From the NCBI GenBank assembly GCA_028286905.1, contig JAQBQP010000002.1:245458-309457 (forward strand): a stretch of 64,000 bases of DNA, given 5' to 3'. A program made the translations under genes and the position numbers. The DNA is from Candidatus Doudnabacteria bacterium (lineage in GTDB: Bacteria; Patescibacteriota; Doudnabacteria; UBA920; VMFF01). The stretch's first letter is position 1. Each line of letters opens with the position of its first letter. Below are positions 36,929 to 46,854 of the stretch, one piece after another. The notes under the pieces were generated by a model. It did not search any database and was not told where the DNA came from. It saw nothing but the letters and a program-made list of their open reading frames with translations.

Positions 36929-38371
36929 ATGAAGCGTACCGAACTTTTTTTTAACATCGTTTCAATTCCTGTAGACATCATTAGCCTGATTTTAGCCGGC
37001 TTGGTGTCTTTTTATATTAGATTAAGGTTGGATCCATTGATTCCAATCTCTTTTAATTTAAATTTTCAAAATTATTTAATGATTTTATCAAAAGCGATTC
37101 CAGCGCTTTTGATAATTTTTGCTTTTGCGGGACTGTATAATTTAAAAGGAACGCGGCGATTTTCAACAGAATTTTATAAAGTGATCGTGGCAATCTCGAT
37201 GGCGTTATTGCTGATGGTTTTGATTTTCTTTTTTGATCAAACCGTTTTTCCATCGCGTTTAATTATGCTGGTGGCGTGGTTTGCTGGAATCATTTTCGTA
37301 CTGATCGGCAGATTTATTTTGAAAAAAATCCAAGTTGCTTATTTAAGTCGTGGCTACGGGCTTAGAAAGTTACTAGTAATCAGAGGGAACACCGGAGAAG
37401 ACGATACGGTTATAAATTATGTCCGAACCCATCGAGATTTAGGATATCAAGTTATTGCGGAATTTGAAGACAGTCCGGATCTAGTGGAAAAAATGAATGC
37501 GTTATTTTTTAAAACTAAGTACGAAGAAATTTTACAAGCAAATTTCCAACTTTCTCCGGAAACAAACGCCAAACTTGCGCAATTTGCACGTAATAAAGGC
37601 TTGGTTTATAACTTTGTGCCCAATATATTTGATGTTCAAAAAAAGAACGTCGAGTCTAGCGATATTGAGGGGATTCCAGTCATATCCCTAAAGAATACGC
37701 CGTTAGACGGTTGGGGCCAGGTTTACAAAAGAGCTTTTGATGTTATTGTTTCAGCAATTTGTTTGATAATTACTTCGCCTGTATTCTTAGTTTTGGCAAT
37801 TTCAGTAAAACTGGATTCGAAAGGGAAAGTTTTGTATGCTGCTCCACGTGCCGGACGGGATAAGGCGTTTCAATTTTATAAATTCCGCACGATGTTTAGT
37901 CATTTAAGCGTGGGTAAAGAATACGGCGGAGAAGAAGCCGAAAAGATTCGCCAAGAGCTTTGGAAGCAAAATGCTCGAGGCGGCCAAGAAGCGGCATTTT
38001 TGAAAATAAAAGAAGACCCGCGAGTTACAAAGATTGGAAAATTTTTACGTAAATCTAAATTGGATGAAGTCCCTCAATTTTGGAATGTTCTAAAAGGGGA
38101 CATGAGTATGGTCGGACCACGCGCGCATGTTTTGGATGAAGTTGATCGATATAAAGATCATTATCCAAGAATGTTCACAGTAAAACCGGGAATTTTTGGG
38201 TTATCTCAAATTGCCCAGCTATCTTGGCCAGATTTGCCTTTTGATGAAGAAATTCGTTTGAACACTTATTATATTGAAAACTGGTCGATTAAAATGGACC
38301 TAGTGGTTTTATTTAAGACTTTTTATTTTCTGTTTTTAAGCCCCAAAAAACAGCTAGAGAATAATTACTAA
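36929..38371 (+). CDS. undecaprenyl-phosphate sugar phosphotransferase (bacterial sugar transferase, WbaP/CpsE-like)
   Basis: N-terminal TM helices. C-terminal sugar-transferase domain (RAFDVIVSAICLIITSPVFLVLAI, KFRTMF, MSMVGPRA). Start moved to the ATG at 36929, downstream of rnpB. Confidence 0.8.
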   Translation: MKRTELFFNIVSIPVDIISLILAGLVSFYIRLRLDPLIPISFNLNFQNYLMILSKAIPALLIIFAFAGLYNLKGTRRFSTEFYKVIVAISMALLLMVLIFFFDQTVFPSRLIMLVAWFAGIIFVLIGRFILKKIQVAYLSRGYGLRKLLVIRGNTGEDDTVINYVRTHRDLGYQVIAEFEDSPDLVEKMNALFFKTKYEEILQANFQLSPETNAKLAQFARNKGLVYNFVPNIFDVQKKNVESSDIEGIPVISLKNTPLDGWGQVYKRAFDVIVSAICLIITSPVFLVLAISVKLDSKGKVLYAAPRAGRDKAFQFYKFRTMFSHLSVGKEYGGEEAEKIRQELWKQNARGGQEAAFLKIKEDPRVTKIGKFLRKSKLDEVPQFWNVLKGDMSMVGPRAHVLDEVDRYKDHYPRMFTVKPGIFGLSQIAQLSWPDLPFDEEIRLNTYYIENWSIKMDLVVLFKTFYFLFLSPKKQLENNY

Positions 38372-38373
38372 TT

Positions 38374-39453
38374 ATGAAAACTGCCTTAGTGCACGATTCA
38401 ATTACTCAACTAGGCGGCGCCGAAAGAGTTTTGGAAGCTTTGCACGAACTTTATCCAGAAGCGCCAATCTTCACCTTGGTTTATGATCAAAAGTTGAAAG
38501 AACATTTTGAAGGCTGGACAATTGTTTCTTCACCGTTACAGTACCTCTATAATATTATTCCGAGGTTTCAGTGGATGTTGCCTTTTATTCCGATTGCTTT
38601 GAAATTTTTTGATTTTTCAAAGTTTGATTTAGTAATTTCATCATCTTCAGTTTTTGCCAAAAATATCACTGTTCCAAAAGGAGTGATACACATTGATTAT
38701 TGTCATAGTCCGGCAAGATTTCTATGGTCTGAATCCGAAAGCTATGTTCATGATGAAGTGCCTTGGCTTTTGCGACCAATCGTTAAAGTTTTTTTGACTT
38801 GGATGCGCAAATGGGACTACCAGAAAGCTCAGCAAGTAGATTTTTTTATTGCCAATTCCGATAACATCCAAAAGAAAATCAAACTCTATTACAAAAGAGA
38901 GAGCTTGGTTATTCATCCATGCATTGATGCAGAAAAGTTTTACCCTTCAATGCCGAAAGAAGATTACTTTTTAATTGCGGCCCGGCTGCAAATCCATAAA
39001 CGCATTGATCTTGCAATTGAAGCTTTTAATCAGCTTGGAATTGCTTTGCATGTCGTAGGAACTGGTCGAGACGAGCAACGCTTAAAAAATATGGCCAATG
39101 AAAAAATTGTTTTTTTAGGTCGAGTTGAAGATCCGATTTTATGTAATGAGTATTCCGCAGCAAAAGGTTTTATTTTTCCACAAGATGAAGATTTTGGTTT
39201 AACGCCGCTGGAGGCGAATGCCGCTGGAACGGCAGTGATTGCTTATAAAAAGGGCGGCGCCTTAGAAACAGTAATTGAAAATAAAACTGGAATATTTTTT
39301 GACAAGCTCGAAGTGGAAAGTTTAAAAGACGCTGTTCGAAAGTTTAATACTATAAATTTTAACAGCGAAGATCTTTTTGAACAAGCGGACAAATTTAGCA
39401 AGGATAATTTTAAAGCTAAATTCGAATACTTTGTAAATGAAAAAATAAAATAA
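38374..39453 (+). CDS. glycosyltransferase family 4
   Basis: GT4 motif GLTPLEANAAGTAVIAY. Confidence 0.75.
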   Translation: MKTALVHDSITQLGGAERVLEALHELYPEAPIFTLVYDQKLKEHFEGWTIVSSPLQYLYNIIPRFQWMLPFIPIALKFFDFSKFDLVISSSSVFAKNITVPKGVIHIDYCHSPARFLWSESESYVHDEVPWLLRPIVKVFLTWMRKWDYQKAQQVDFFIANSDNIQKKIKLYYKRESLVIHPCIDAEKFYPSMPKEDYFLIAARLQIHKRIDLAIEAFNQLGIALHVVGTGRDEQRLKNMANEKIVFLGRVEDPILCNEYSAAKGFIFPQDEDFGLTPLEANAAGTAVIAYKKGGALETVIENKTGIFFDKLEVESLKDAVRKFNTINFNSEDLFEQADKFSKDNFKAKFEYFVNEKIK

Positions 39454-40589
39454 TGGCTATTGCTGTTGACTTAAGAAGCTTAATGGAAACAGGCGGAAAA
39501 ATTTCTGGAGTAGAAAATTATCTACTTAACGTTTTGGATCGTTTGCCTGTTGCTCAGAGCAATAAGCAAATTGAATATTTTGGCTTTTGCAACAGTTATC
39601 GCCCGGTAATGCTGCCTGAGATTAAACAAAGCCTAACAGTTAAAAAAACCAAGATTCCTAATAAAATCCTAAATGCCGGCTTAACTTTTTTTAATCAACC
39701 AAAGTTTGAAAACCTATACGGACAATTTGAAATTCTGTGGTTGCCGGATTTGCGCCCTTTTGCCATTAGCGATAAAACTAAGTTGGCAATTACAGTACAT
39801 GATTTATCACCTGTAATGCATCCGAAGCTCTACTCTCTAAAAAGAAGAATTTGGCATCATGTTGTGCGGTATCAAAAATCTTTTGATCGGGCGAATATAA
39901 TTTTTGCTGTTTCGGAGTATACCAAATATGATTTGATAAAAATATTCAAAATTAACCCGGATAAAATTAAAGTCATTTACTCCGGAATTGATCACCAGCG
40001 TTTTAATCAAAATTTGGATAATAAAATCAAAGAACAGCTACGACAAAAATACAATTTGCCAAAAAGATTCATACTTTCAATTAGTACAATCGAACCACGC
40101 AAAAATATTTCTACGCTTATTGCTGCTTTTGAAAGAATTAAGGATCAGGACGTCAATTTAGTAATTGCCGGAAGGCTCGGCTGGCTTTATAAGGATTTGT
40201 TGAAACAAATTGAAAAATCTCCGAAGCGCAATCAAATTCTATTGACCGGTTACATTAATGAAACAGATAAACCGTATTTAATTTCATTATCAGAGATTCT
40301 TTGTTATCCTTCCTATTATGAAGGGTTTGGTTTCGTTCCTTTGGAAGCAATGGCCTGCGGCGTGCCGGTAATTAGCTCAACCCGCACATCAATGCCGGAA
40401 ATTTGTGAAGATGCCGCGCTATTAGTAGAGCCATCTTCTTTAACGGATTTAACTACTGCTTTAAACGCTTTGTTAGAGAACCAAAGCTTGCGTGAAGATT
40501 TTATTGCCAAAGGGCTGGTTCAAGCTAAAAAGTTTAACTGGGATAAAACGGTTCAACAAATAAATAATTACTTAATGGAACTGGCATGA
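39453..40589 (+). CDS. glycosyltransferase family 4
   Basis: [20 protein letters not shown]. Confidence 0.8.
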   Translation: MAIAVDLRSLMETGGKISGVENYLLNVLDRLPVAQSNKQIEYFGFCNSYRPVMLPEIKQSLTVKKTKIPNKILNAGLTFFNQPKFENLYGQFEILWLPDLRPFAISDKTKLAITVHDLSPVMHPKLYSLKRRIWHHVVRYQKSFDRANIIFAVSEYTKYDLIKIFKINPDKIKVIYSGIDHQRFNQNLDNKIKEQLRQKYNLPKRFILSISTIEPRKNISTLIAAFERIKDQDVNLVIAGRLGWLYKDLLKQIEKSPKRNQILLTGYINETDKPYLISLSEILCYPSYYEGFGFVPLEAMACGVPVISSTRTSMPEICEDAALLVEPSSLTDLTTALNALLENQSLREDFIAKGLVQAKKFNWDKTVQQINNYLMELA

Positions 40590-41698
40590 GAATAGGTTTG
40601 GATTTAAGAATGGCAGGTAACGAGTACGGCATTGGCCGGTACTCTTTTGAGCTGGCCAAAAAAATCTTAGAACTGGACCGTAATAATGAGTACGTTTTAT
40701 TTGTATGCGATCCTTTAAAGTTTATAAAAGCGGGTTTAGATATGCATCAAAATGTTAAAATCATAGTTGCGGATTTTAAACATTATAGTTTTGAAGAACA
40801 GTTAAAATTTCCAAATTTAATTCGTTCCGAAAAAATCGATTTGATGCATTTCTTAAATTTCAACGTACCAATCTCTTATGACTTGCCATTCGTAGTGACA
40901 ATTCATGATATGATCCATCATCGCTTGCCAGGAAATAAAAAATCCAGATTTTTGCACCGCCTCGCTTACAAAGCGGTTATCCGGCATGCCGCATTGGCTT
41001 CTAAAAAAATAATTACTGTATCAAATTTTTCAAAAAAAGAAATATTGGAAATATTTAAAATCAACCCATCTAAAATAGAAGTTATTTACGAGGCGGCAAT
41101 TCCGGTGCCAGTTACTGATTCAGATGTTACTGAAGTGCGCCAGCGTTACGCAATTTCCAAACCATATATTATTTTTGTTGGAGTTATGGAAAGAAAGAAA
41201 AATATCCTTAACCTAACTAAAGCTTTGGATATTGTAAAAGATAAATATCAGTTAAATATTCAAATGGTATTAGCTGGTAAAGTTGACCCGCACTATCCGG
41301 AAATTTTAGAACAAGCCCAGCAAATTAAATATCGAAAAGATTTAATTGTTACTGGAATTATCACCGATAAAGAAAAATATTCATTGTTTAAGGGCGCGAA
41401 GGCATTTGTGTCAGCATCTTTGTTTGAAGGTTTTGGCTTGCCCGGAGTAGAGGCAATGAGCTTAGGCGTTCCTTTAATTGTTTCTAATACGGAAGTTTTT
41501 AATGAAGTTTATGATAATGCTGCAATTTATTTTGATGCCGAGGATCCGGAAGACATCGCTCAAAAAATAGTTTTGTTAATCAAAGATGATAAATATAGAG
41601 AGTTAATCGCGAATCAGGCGTATAGCCGTGCTCAATATTTCTCTTGGGATACTGCAGCAGAACAAACAATTGAAGCTTATAACAGCTTAAAAATATGA
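40586..41698 (+). CDS. glycosyltransferase family 4
   Basis: EGFGLPGVEAMSLGVPLIVSN. 4-nt overlaps with both neighbours. Confidence 0.8.
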   Translation: MRIGLDLRMAGNEYGIGRYSFELAKKILELDRNNEYVLFVCDPLKFIKAGLDMHQNVKIIVADFKHYSFEEQLKFPNLIRSEKIDLMHFLNFNVPISYDLPFVVTIHDMIHHRLPGNKKSRFLHRLAYKAVIRHAALASKKIITVSNFSKKEILEIFKINPSKIEVIYEAAIPVPVTDSDVTEVRQRYAISKPYIIFVGVMERKKNILNLTKALDIVKDKYQLNIQMVLAGKVDPHYPEILEQAQQIKYRKDLIVTGIITDKEKYSLFKGAKAFVSASLFEGFGLPGVEAMSLGVPLIVSNTEVFNEVYDNAAIYFDAEDPEDIAQKIVLLIKDDKYRELIANQAYSRAQYFSWDTAAEQTIEAYNSLKI

Positions 41699-42801
41699 AA
41701 ATTTTACTAACCGGCGGCGGCAGTGGCGGTCCGGTAATGCCTTTAATTGCAGTGCAACAAAAAATTAACTCAGAATTTCCTGAAACCGAATTTTTATTCA
41801 TTGGCACGAAAAACGGACCGGAAAGTGAAATGGTTGCAAAGTACCATCTGCCTTTTGTCGCGATTTCGGCTGGGAAATGGCGTCGTTATTTTACAATTAA
41901 AAATCTTTTGACTCCTTTCCAGGTTTTTAATGGATTCGTAAAAGCCACTTCAATTATAAAAACCTTTCAGCCGGATGTTATTTTTGCGGCAGGAGGATTC
42001 GTTTCTGTTCCAGTTATTTTGGCTGGATGGCTTCTGCGAAAAAAAATAGTAATTCACCAACAAGATGTTCAACCAAGTTTAACTAATCAGTTGGTGGCAC
42101 CCTTAGCAACTAAAATAACAGTTACTTTTGAAAGTTCTTTAAAAGACTTTAGAATTAGCAGCGGCTTCTTTTTGACTCCTGTAAATTCTAAGACTGGAAA
42201 TGAAAAAATTATTTGGACTGGTAATCCTGTTAGAGAAGAATTGCTCCATCCTAAAAAAGACTTAAAAGAAATGAAAAAAGATTTTAATATTGATGATAAC
42301 CAGTTAGTAATTTTATTCTTAGGGGGTGGTACCGGCGCTGCGGCGCTAAACCAAATACTTTTCGAAGCGTTGCCAGAACTGGTAAAATTTAGCCATATAA
42401 TTCATTCGACCGGTAAAGGTAAAGGAATAGATTTTAAAAATCCTGGATATCATCCTTACGAATTAATTTCGAACATGAATGAAGCTTATGCCGTTGCAGA
42501 TATTGTAATTTCACGAGCGGGCCTCTCAACTATTACCGAGCTTATTGCTTTGAAGAAAGTAAGTATTATTATCCCAATGCCAAATAGCCACCAAGAAAGC
42601 AATGCCACGATCTTAAATATAAACGACGCCGCAATTTGCTTTGATCAAGATAAATTAAATGCTGAAACTCTAATATCAATAATCAGAAAAATCATGTATG
42701 ATGCTCAATGGCAAAAGCAATTGAAAGATAACCTTCAGAAAATCATGCCAATTGATGCTACGGCGCGAATTTCAAAAATAATTTTATCCTTATGCCAATA
42801 A
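41695..42801 (+). CDS. murG: undecaprenyldiphospho-muramoylpentapeptide beta-N-acetylglucosaminyltransferase
   Basis: N-terminal GGGSGGPVMP G-loop. C-terminal ISRAGLSTITEL ... PMPNSHQESNA, matching the MurG donor-binding region. Confidence 0.75.
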   Translation: MKILLTGGGSGGPVMPLIAVQQKINSEFPETEFLFIGTKNGPESEMVAKYHLPFVAISAGKWRRYFTIKNLLTPFQVFNGFVKATSIIKTFQPDVIFAAGGFVSVPVILAGWLLRKKIVIHQQDVQPSLTNQLVAPLATKITVTFESSLKDFRISSGFFLTPVNSKTGNEKIIWTGNPVREELLHPKKDLKEMKKDFNIDDNQLVILFLGGGTGAAALNQILFEALPELVKFSHIIHSTGKGKGIDFKNPGYHPYELISNMNEAYAVADIVISRAGLSTITELIALKKVSIIIPMPNSHQESNATILNINDAAICFDQDKLNAETLISIIRKIMYDAQWQKQLKDNLQKIMPIDATARISKIILSLCQ

Positions 42802-43721
42802 ATCTAAAACCCAGACAAAAGAAAAAAATCGCATTAGCAATGGCTGGGGCAGGCGCCCGCGCGGTGATGTATTTTGGTATTTTAGATGTTTTCAAGGAGC
42901 ATGGTATTGAAATTGATATGATTTCTGCCTGCAGCAGCGCAACTTTTGTTGCTTGCAGTTATGCCTGTGGGACCTTAGACGCGCTTAAAAAACGCGCTTT
43001 TGAATTAGACCAAAAAGAGCTTTTTGACATGTTCGAGCCAAGTAAAAAAGGCGGAATTTTTTCTTTAGATAAAGTAGAACAAGAACTTAGCTCGCTGATT
43101 ACCGTTGATGACTTAGAACAGCTGCCAATTCCTGTTTCAATCGTTGCTTCGGACATCGTGCATGGCGAGGAAGTTGTTTTCACAATGGGGAATATTGCCC
43201 GTGCGATCAAAGCCTCTTGTTCAATGCCGGGTTTGTTTGAACCGGTGGTTTGGGGGAATAAAATTCTTTTAGACGGCGGTCTTTTTAGCATCATTCCAGT
43301 AGAAGCTGCCAAAGCATGGAAGCCGGATATAATTATTGGAATCGACTTAGCAACTAGCAGGAACCTTTTTGGCAGTAAGATTTTAAGTATGAAGCGAAAC
43401 TATAATAGATTGGCTAAACCAATTTACTTCGTTTACCGGACCGGCAAGCGCTTAACAAACTATCTATTTCCACGTGAAGACGATCCAATGACTATTGATA
43501 ACGTCAAAACCCCAAACGTTTTACAAATTTTAGACCGAGCCATGGACTACGCTTTAATTGAAAGAAAACGCGGCGAATATTTTAGCTGTGATGTTGTAAT
43601 CACTCCGGATGTTAAAGGCTATGGAGATATTGCATTGAAAAAAACTGAAGCAATGTACATGGAAGGGCGTCGAGCAGCAGAAATGGCGATTCCCGAAATT
43701 CAAGCTTTATTAAACTCATAA
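42792..43721 (+). CDS. patatin-like phospholipase
   Basis: Oxyanion-hole G-rich motif (AMAGAGARA). Nucleophile elbow (ACSSA). DGG motif (LDGGLFSIIPV). Confidence 0.65.
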   Translation: MPINLKPRQKKKIALAMAGAGARAVMYFGILDVFKEHGIEIDMISACSSATFVACSYACGTLDALKKRAFELDQKELFDMFEPSKKGGIFSLDKVEQELSSLITVDDLEQLPIPVSIVASDIVHGEEVVFTMGNIARAIKASCSMPGLFEPVVWGNKILLDGGLFSIIPVEAAKAWKPDIIIGIDLATSRNLFGSKILSMKRNYNRLAKPIYFVYRTGKRLTNYLFPREDDPMTIDNVKTPNVLQILDRAMDYALIERKRGEYFSCDVVITPDVKGYGDIALKKTEAMYMEGRRAAEMAIPEIQALLNS

Positions 43722-43722
43722 A

Positions 43723-45141
43723 ATGAATTTAGATAATATAAAAAAAATATATTTTATTGGGATCGGCGGAATTGGCATGTCTGCTGCTGCTGGTATTGCG
43801 CGAGCAAAGGGCTTCGAGGTTTCTGGTTCCGATGCCGCTGATATTTACCAGCCGTCTAAAGGAATTTTGGATCAGTTTAAAATTGATTATAAAATTGGCT
43901 ATAATGCCGATAATTTTCAAGGGGCTGATTTGGTAGTTGTAACAACGGCAGTAGATAATAAGAACCCAGAACTAGTTAAAGCCATAAACCTGACCGTTCC
44001 AATTATCGGCTTCGCGGAATTGTTGGGGACTTTAACAATCGATAAAAATCGAATCGTGGTAGTAGGTACGCATGGGAAAGGCACTACTTCCGGCTTAATT
44101 TCTTATGCTTTAAAGAATTTGAATGATTCAGGATTTTTTGTCGGCGGTGTTCTAAACAATTTTCAAACAAACTTCTATTTTGGCAAAGGAAAAGATTTTG
44201 TTTTGGAAGGGGACGAATATAAATCTACATACAACAACAGCAGCCCAAAATTTTCATATTATTTCCCAAACATTCTTTTAATAAATAATATTGAATTTGA
44301 TCACCCGGATCTTTATCCAACTTTAGAAGCATTCAAAGAGCCTTTTCACGCTCTGGCTGAGCAGATGCCAGAAACAAGCTTAATTGTTTATAATGCCGAC
44401 GATCAAAATGTTGTCGATGTAATTCGAAATACTAAAGCTAGAAAACTTGGTTTTGGATTTTCAGATTTTGCTGAAATCAAAGCACATAGAATCGAGCCAA
44501 GTAACGGAACTTTCAAAATCAAAATCACCTGGAATGAAGCTTTATTAAATCTTAAAGAAGATATTTTTAGCACCCAGCTGCCCGGGTTGCCGTATGCCTA
44601 TGATAACCTTGCAGCAATTGCGGTCTTAATTAGCATCGGCTTTTCAGCTGAGCAAATCAAAGGCTATACTGAAAGCTATACCGGCATAAAACGACGTTAC
44701 GAAATCATTGAAAATGATGAAATTGCAATAATAGATGATTACGCCCATCATCCCACCGCAGTGCGGCAGACTTTAGAAGCGACCCGCCAAAAATATCCGC
44801 AAAGACGCATTATTTGTTTCTTTGAACCGCATACTTACTCACGGACACGCGAAACCTTGGACCAGCTAGCAAAAGCTTTTAATAGCGCAGATTTGGTCTA
44901 TTTGGCTGAGGTCTATCCGGCTCGTGAACAAAAACTTCCTTCCAGTATTAGTTCTGCCGAGGTGGTTGAAAAGATTATAAAAAATCAACCAAACGTTATC
45001 TATGTAAAAGATAAAGTTGACGCTTTAGAAAAGTTTAAAAAAGTTGTTAAAAAAGATGATGTTATAGTAGTTATGGCAGTTGGTTCATTTAACACTTTGG
45101 TTTATGATTTAAAAGACGCTTATAAGAATCTTATAAAATAA
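43723..45141 (+). CDS. murC: UDP-N-acetylmuramate--L-alanine ligase
   Basis: IYFIGIGGIGMSAAA N-terminal Rossmann motif. VGTHGKGTTSG P-loop. YAHHPTA and PHTYSRT C-terminal motifs. Confidence 0.8.
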   Translation: MNLDNIKKIYFIGIGGIGMSAAAGIARAKGFEVSGSDAADIYQPSKGILDQFKIDYKIGYNADNFQGADLVVVTTAVDNKNPELVKAINLTVPIIGFAELLGTLTIDKNRIVVVGTHGKGTTSGLISYALKNLNDSGFFVGGVLNNFQTNFYFGKGKDFVLEGDEYKSTYNNSSPKFSYYFPNILLINNIEFDHPDLYPTLEAFKEPFHALAEQMPETSLIVYNADDQNVVDVIRNTKARKLGFGFSDFAEIKAHRIEPSNGTFKIKITWNEALLNLKEDIFSTQLPGLPYAYDNLAAIAVLISIGFSAEQIKGYTESYTGIKRRYEIIENDEIAIIDDYAHHPTAVRQTLEATRQKYPQRRIICFFEPHTYSRTRETLDQLAKAFNSADLVYLAEVYPAREQKLPSSISSAEVVEKIIKNQPNVIYVKDKVDALEKFKKVVKKDDVIVVMAVGSFNTLVYDLKDAYKNLIK

Positions 45142-45142
45142 T

Positions 45143-46021
45143 ATGCAAAACAATGTTCAGCTGGCAAAATTTACTTCTTTTAGAATCGGCGGACCGGCGA
45201 AGTATTTTGTTGAAGCAAAAACCGATAATGATATTGTTGAAGCTTTAAGCTTTGCGAATGAAAACAAATTGAAATTTTTTGTTCTTGGTTCCGGCACGAA
45301 TATTTTAGTTCAAGATCAAGGATTTGATGGCGTTGTTATTAGAAATCAGTTAAAAGATTTAAAGCTGGAAGACGGTTTAGTCGTTGCTGACAGCGGGTTG
45401 CTATTAGTTTTAATAAATCAATTTGCTAATAAAAATGGCAGAGTCGGTTTTGAAAAACTAAGCACGGTGCCCGGAACTTTAGGCGGCGCGCTATATAATA
45501 ATGCCCATTGGCAAGATGATTTGCTGTCTTATTATGTTCAATGGGTTGAAGTAATAGATCCTGCTGATCCCGGGTTAAAAATTCAACGACTAACCAAAGA
45601 ACAATTAGATTTCGGTTACGACAGCTCATTGATTAAAAAGAAAAATCTGGTAGCATTAAGAGCAGCGTTATTATTGCCAGAGGGGGATGTTGAACAATCT
45701 AGGAAAACGATGCTCTCTTACATGAAAAGTCGTTCCGACAGTCAGCCTTATGGCACTGCAAACAGCGGCTGCATGTTTCAAAACATTCCACAGACTCTTG
45801 GGCCTGGAAATCATGGAACCTCAGCGGGTTACTTGATTGATCAGGCGGGCTTAAATGGGATGCGAGTTGGCGATGCGGTAATATCAGAAAAGCATGGAAA
45901 CTTTTTTATAAACGAAGGACATGCTAAAAGCGGAGACATCTTGAAGCTTGCTGAAATTGCTCGAGAAAAAGTGAAAGCTAAGTTTGGTGTTAATTTAGAA
46001 TTTGAAGTAAAAGTAATTTAG
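45143..46021 (+). CDS. murB: UDP-N-acetylenolpyruvoylglucosamine reductase
   Basis: FAD-binding N-terminus (LAKFTSFRIGGPAKYF, VLGSGTNIL). MurB C-terminal domain. Confidence 0.8.
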   Translation: MQNNVQLAKFTSFRIGGPAKYFVEAKTDNDIVEALSFANENKLKFFVLGSGTNILVQDQGFDGVVIRNQLKDLKLEDGLVVADSGLLLVLINQFANKNGRVGFEKLSTVPGTLGGALYNNAHWQDDLLSYYVQWVEVIDPADPGLKIQRLTKEQLDFGYDSSLIKKKNLVALRAALLLPEGDVEQSRKTMLSYMKSRSDSQPYGTANSGCMFQNIPQTLGPGNHGTSAGYLIDQAGLNGMRVGDAVISEKHGNFFINEGHAKSGDILKLAEIAREKVKAKFGVNLEFEVKVI

Positions 46022-46036
46022 AAAGGTAAAAATAAA

Positions 46037-46375
46037 ATGGCAAATGTAAACCTAAAAGTAACGCATACGGTTTTAAGCGAATCAGTTCGAGAATATGCGC
46101 AAAAAAATATTGATAAGCTTCAAAAGTACTTGCGCCCAGAAAATAAAGTTCATTTGGAACTAGGAGCTGAGTCAAAAAATAGAGATGGTTTACGTTATCG
46201 AGCAGAAATTACAATTATGCCGAAGTCAGAAGTGTATGCTGATGCTTATGGTCATGATTTGTTTGAAGCGATTGACTTGCTAATGCCAAAAGTAAAAGAA
46301 CAGCTAATGAAAATGAAAGATAAGAGAGTTTCAGAAAGAAGAAGAGACGGCGCTAAGCGTACCGGAAAGATCTAA
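46037..46375 (+). CDS. hpf: ribosome hibernation promoting factor (S30EA/RaiA family)
   Basis: MANVNLKVTHTVLSESVREYAQKNIDKL and the conserved beta-alpha-beta-beta-beta-alpha pattern. Confidence 0.8.
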   Translation: MANVNLKVTHTVLSESVREYAQKNIDKLQKYLRPENKVHLELGAESKNRDGLRYRAEITIMPKSEVYADAYGHDLFEAIDLLMPKVKEQLMKMKDKRVSERRRDGAKRTGKI

Positions 46376-46397
46376 AATAGCTCGTATAAAAGACAGC

Positions 46398-46430
46398 GAC
46401 CGGCAAGAGAGAATTCTCTTGCCGGTCTTT
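46398..46430. terminator. perfect 14-bp palindrome (GACCGGCAAGAGAG-aattc-TCTCTTGCCGGTC) centred on an EcoRI site
   Basis: Seen directly. Followed by a weak T-run (TTTG). Lies at the boundary between hpf and the GC-rich islet. Confidence 0.55.
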
Positions 46431-46449
46431 GCGTAGTGTTCTGGATCGA

Positions 46450-46854
46450 TCAGGCGGTTTGCAACCGCAGATTGGGGTGTGCGCCATCCCGAGCGAGCTC
46501 GACATGCTTGATCAGCATCGCTATGTGCCCGAACGGTTTGGGCAGAACATGCTGGAAAAGCTTCAAGCTGAACGCCGCGACTTCGCCGCCGGTAACTCCG
46601 ATGGCATAGCCACGCCGGGTCGCCATCTTGTAGATGGTGGCAATTTCGTTGGCATTCATGTCGCCGAACGAGAAGTTGCTGACGATCAGGCAGTCGAACT
46701 CGTTGTGCTGGATTTGCTGCCTTGCCTCGGCGCCGTTCTGGACGATCGTGATGTTATCGCGCGGCAAACCCTCACCCCGCGCTAGGATTCGCGGATACAT
46801 GCTATTCATGCTTGGATCGCGCGAGATGATCAGGATGTTAATCGAATCAGACAC
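46450..46854 (-). CDS. receiver-fold (CheY-like) pseudo-receiver protein encoded in a GC-rich islet
   Basis: GTG start 9 nt after a perfect AGGAGG. Receiver-like layout (ILIISRD, then DCLIVSNFSFGDMNANEI, then AIGVTGG, then KPF). The phospho-acceptor position appears to be Asn. About 57% GC. Confidence 0.5.
   Translation of the reverse strand: MSDSINILIISRDPSMNSMYPRILARGEGLPRDNITIVQNGAEARQQIQHNEFDCLIVSNFSFGDMNANEIATIYKMATRRGYAIGVTGGEVAAFSLKLFQHVLPKPFGHIAMLIKHVELARDGAHPNLRLQTA

Noticed and set aside
36415-36981. ORFs 36415..36681 (+) and 36736..36981 (-)
   Set aside because: They overlap the RNase P RNA gene, which is identified by its universally conserved motifs.
46429-46785. 118-aa plus-strand ORF in GC islet 3
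   Set aside because: It is antisense to the ORF with the AGGAGG-GTG start and receiver-like fold. It has no RBS and is probably a GC-driven artefact.
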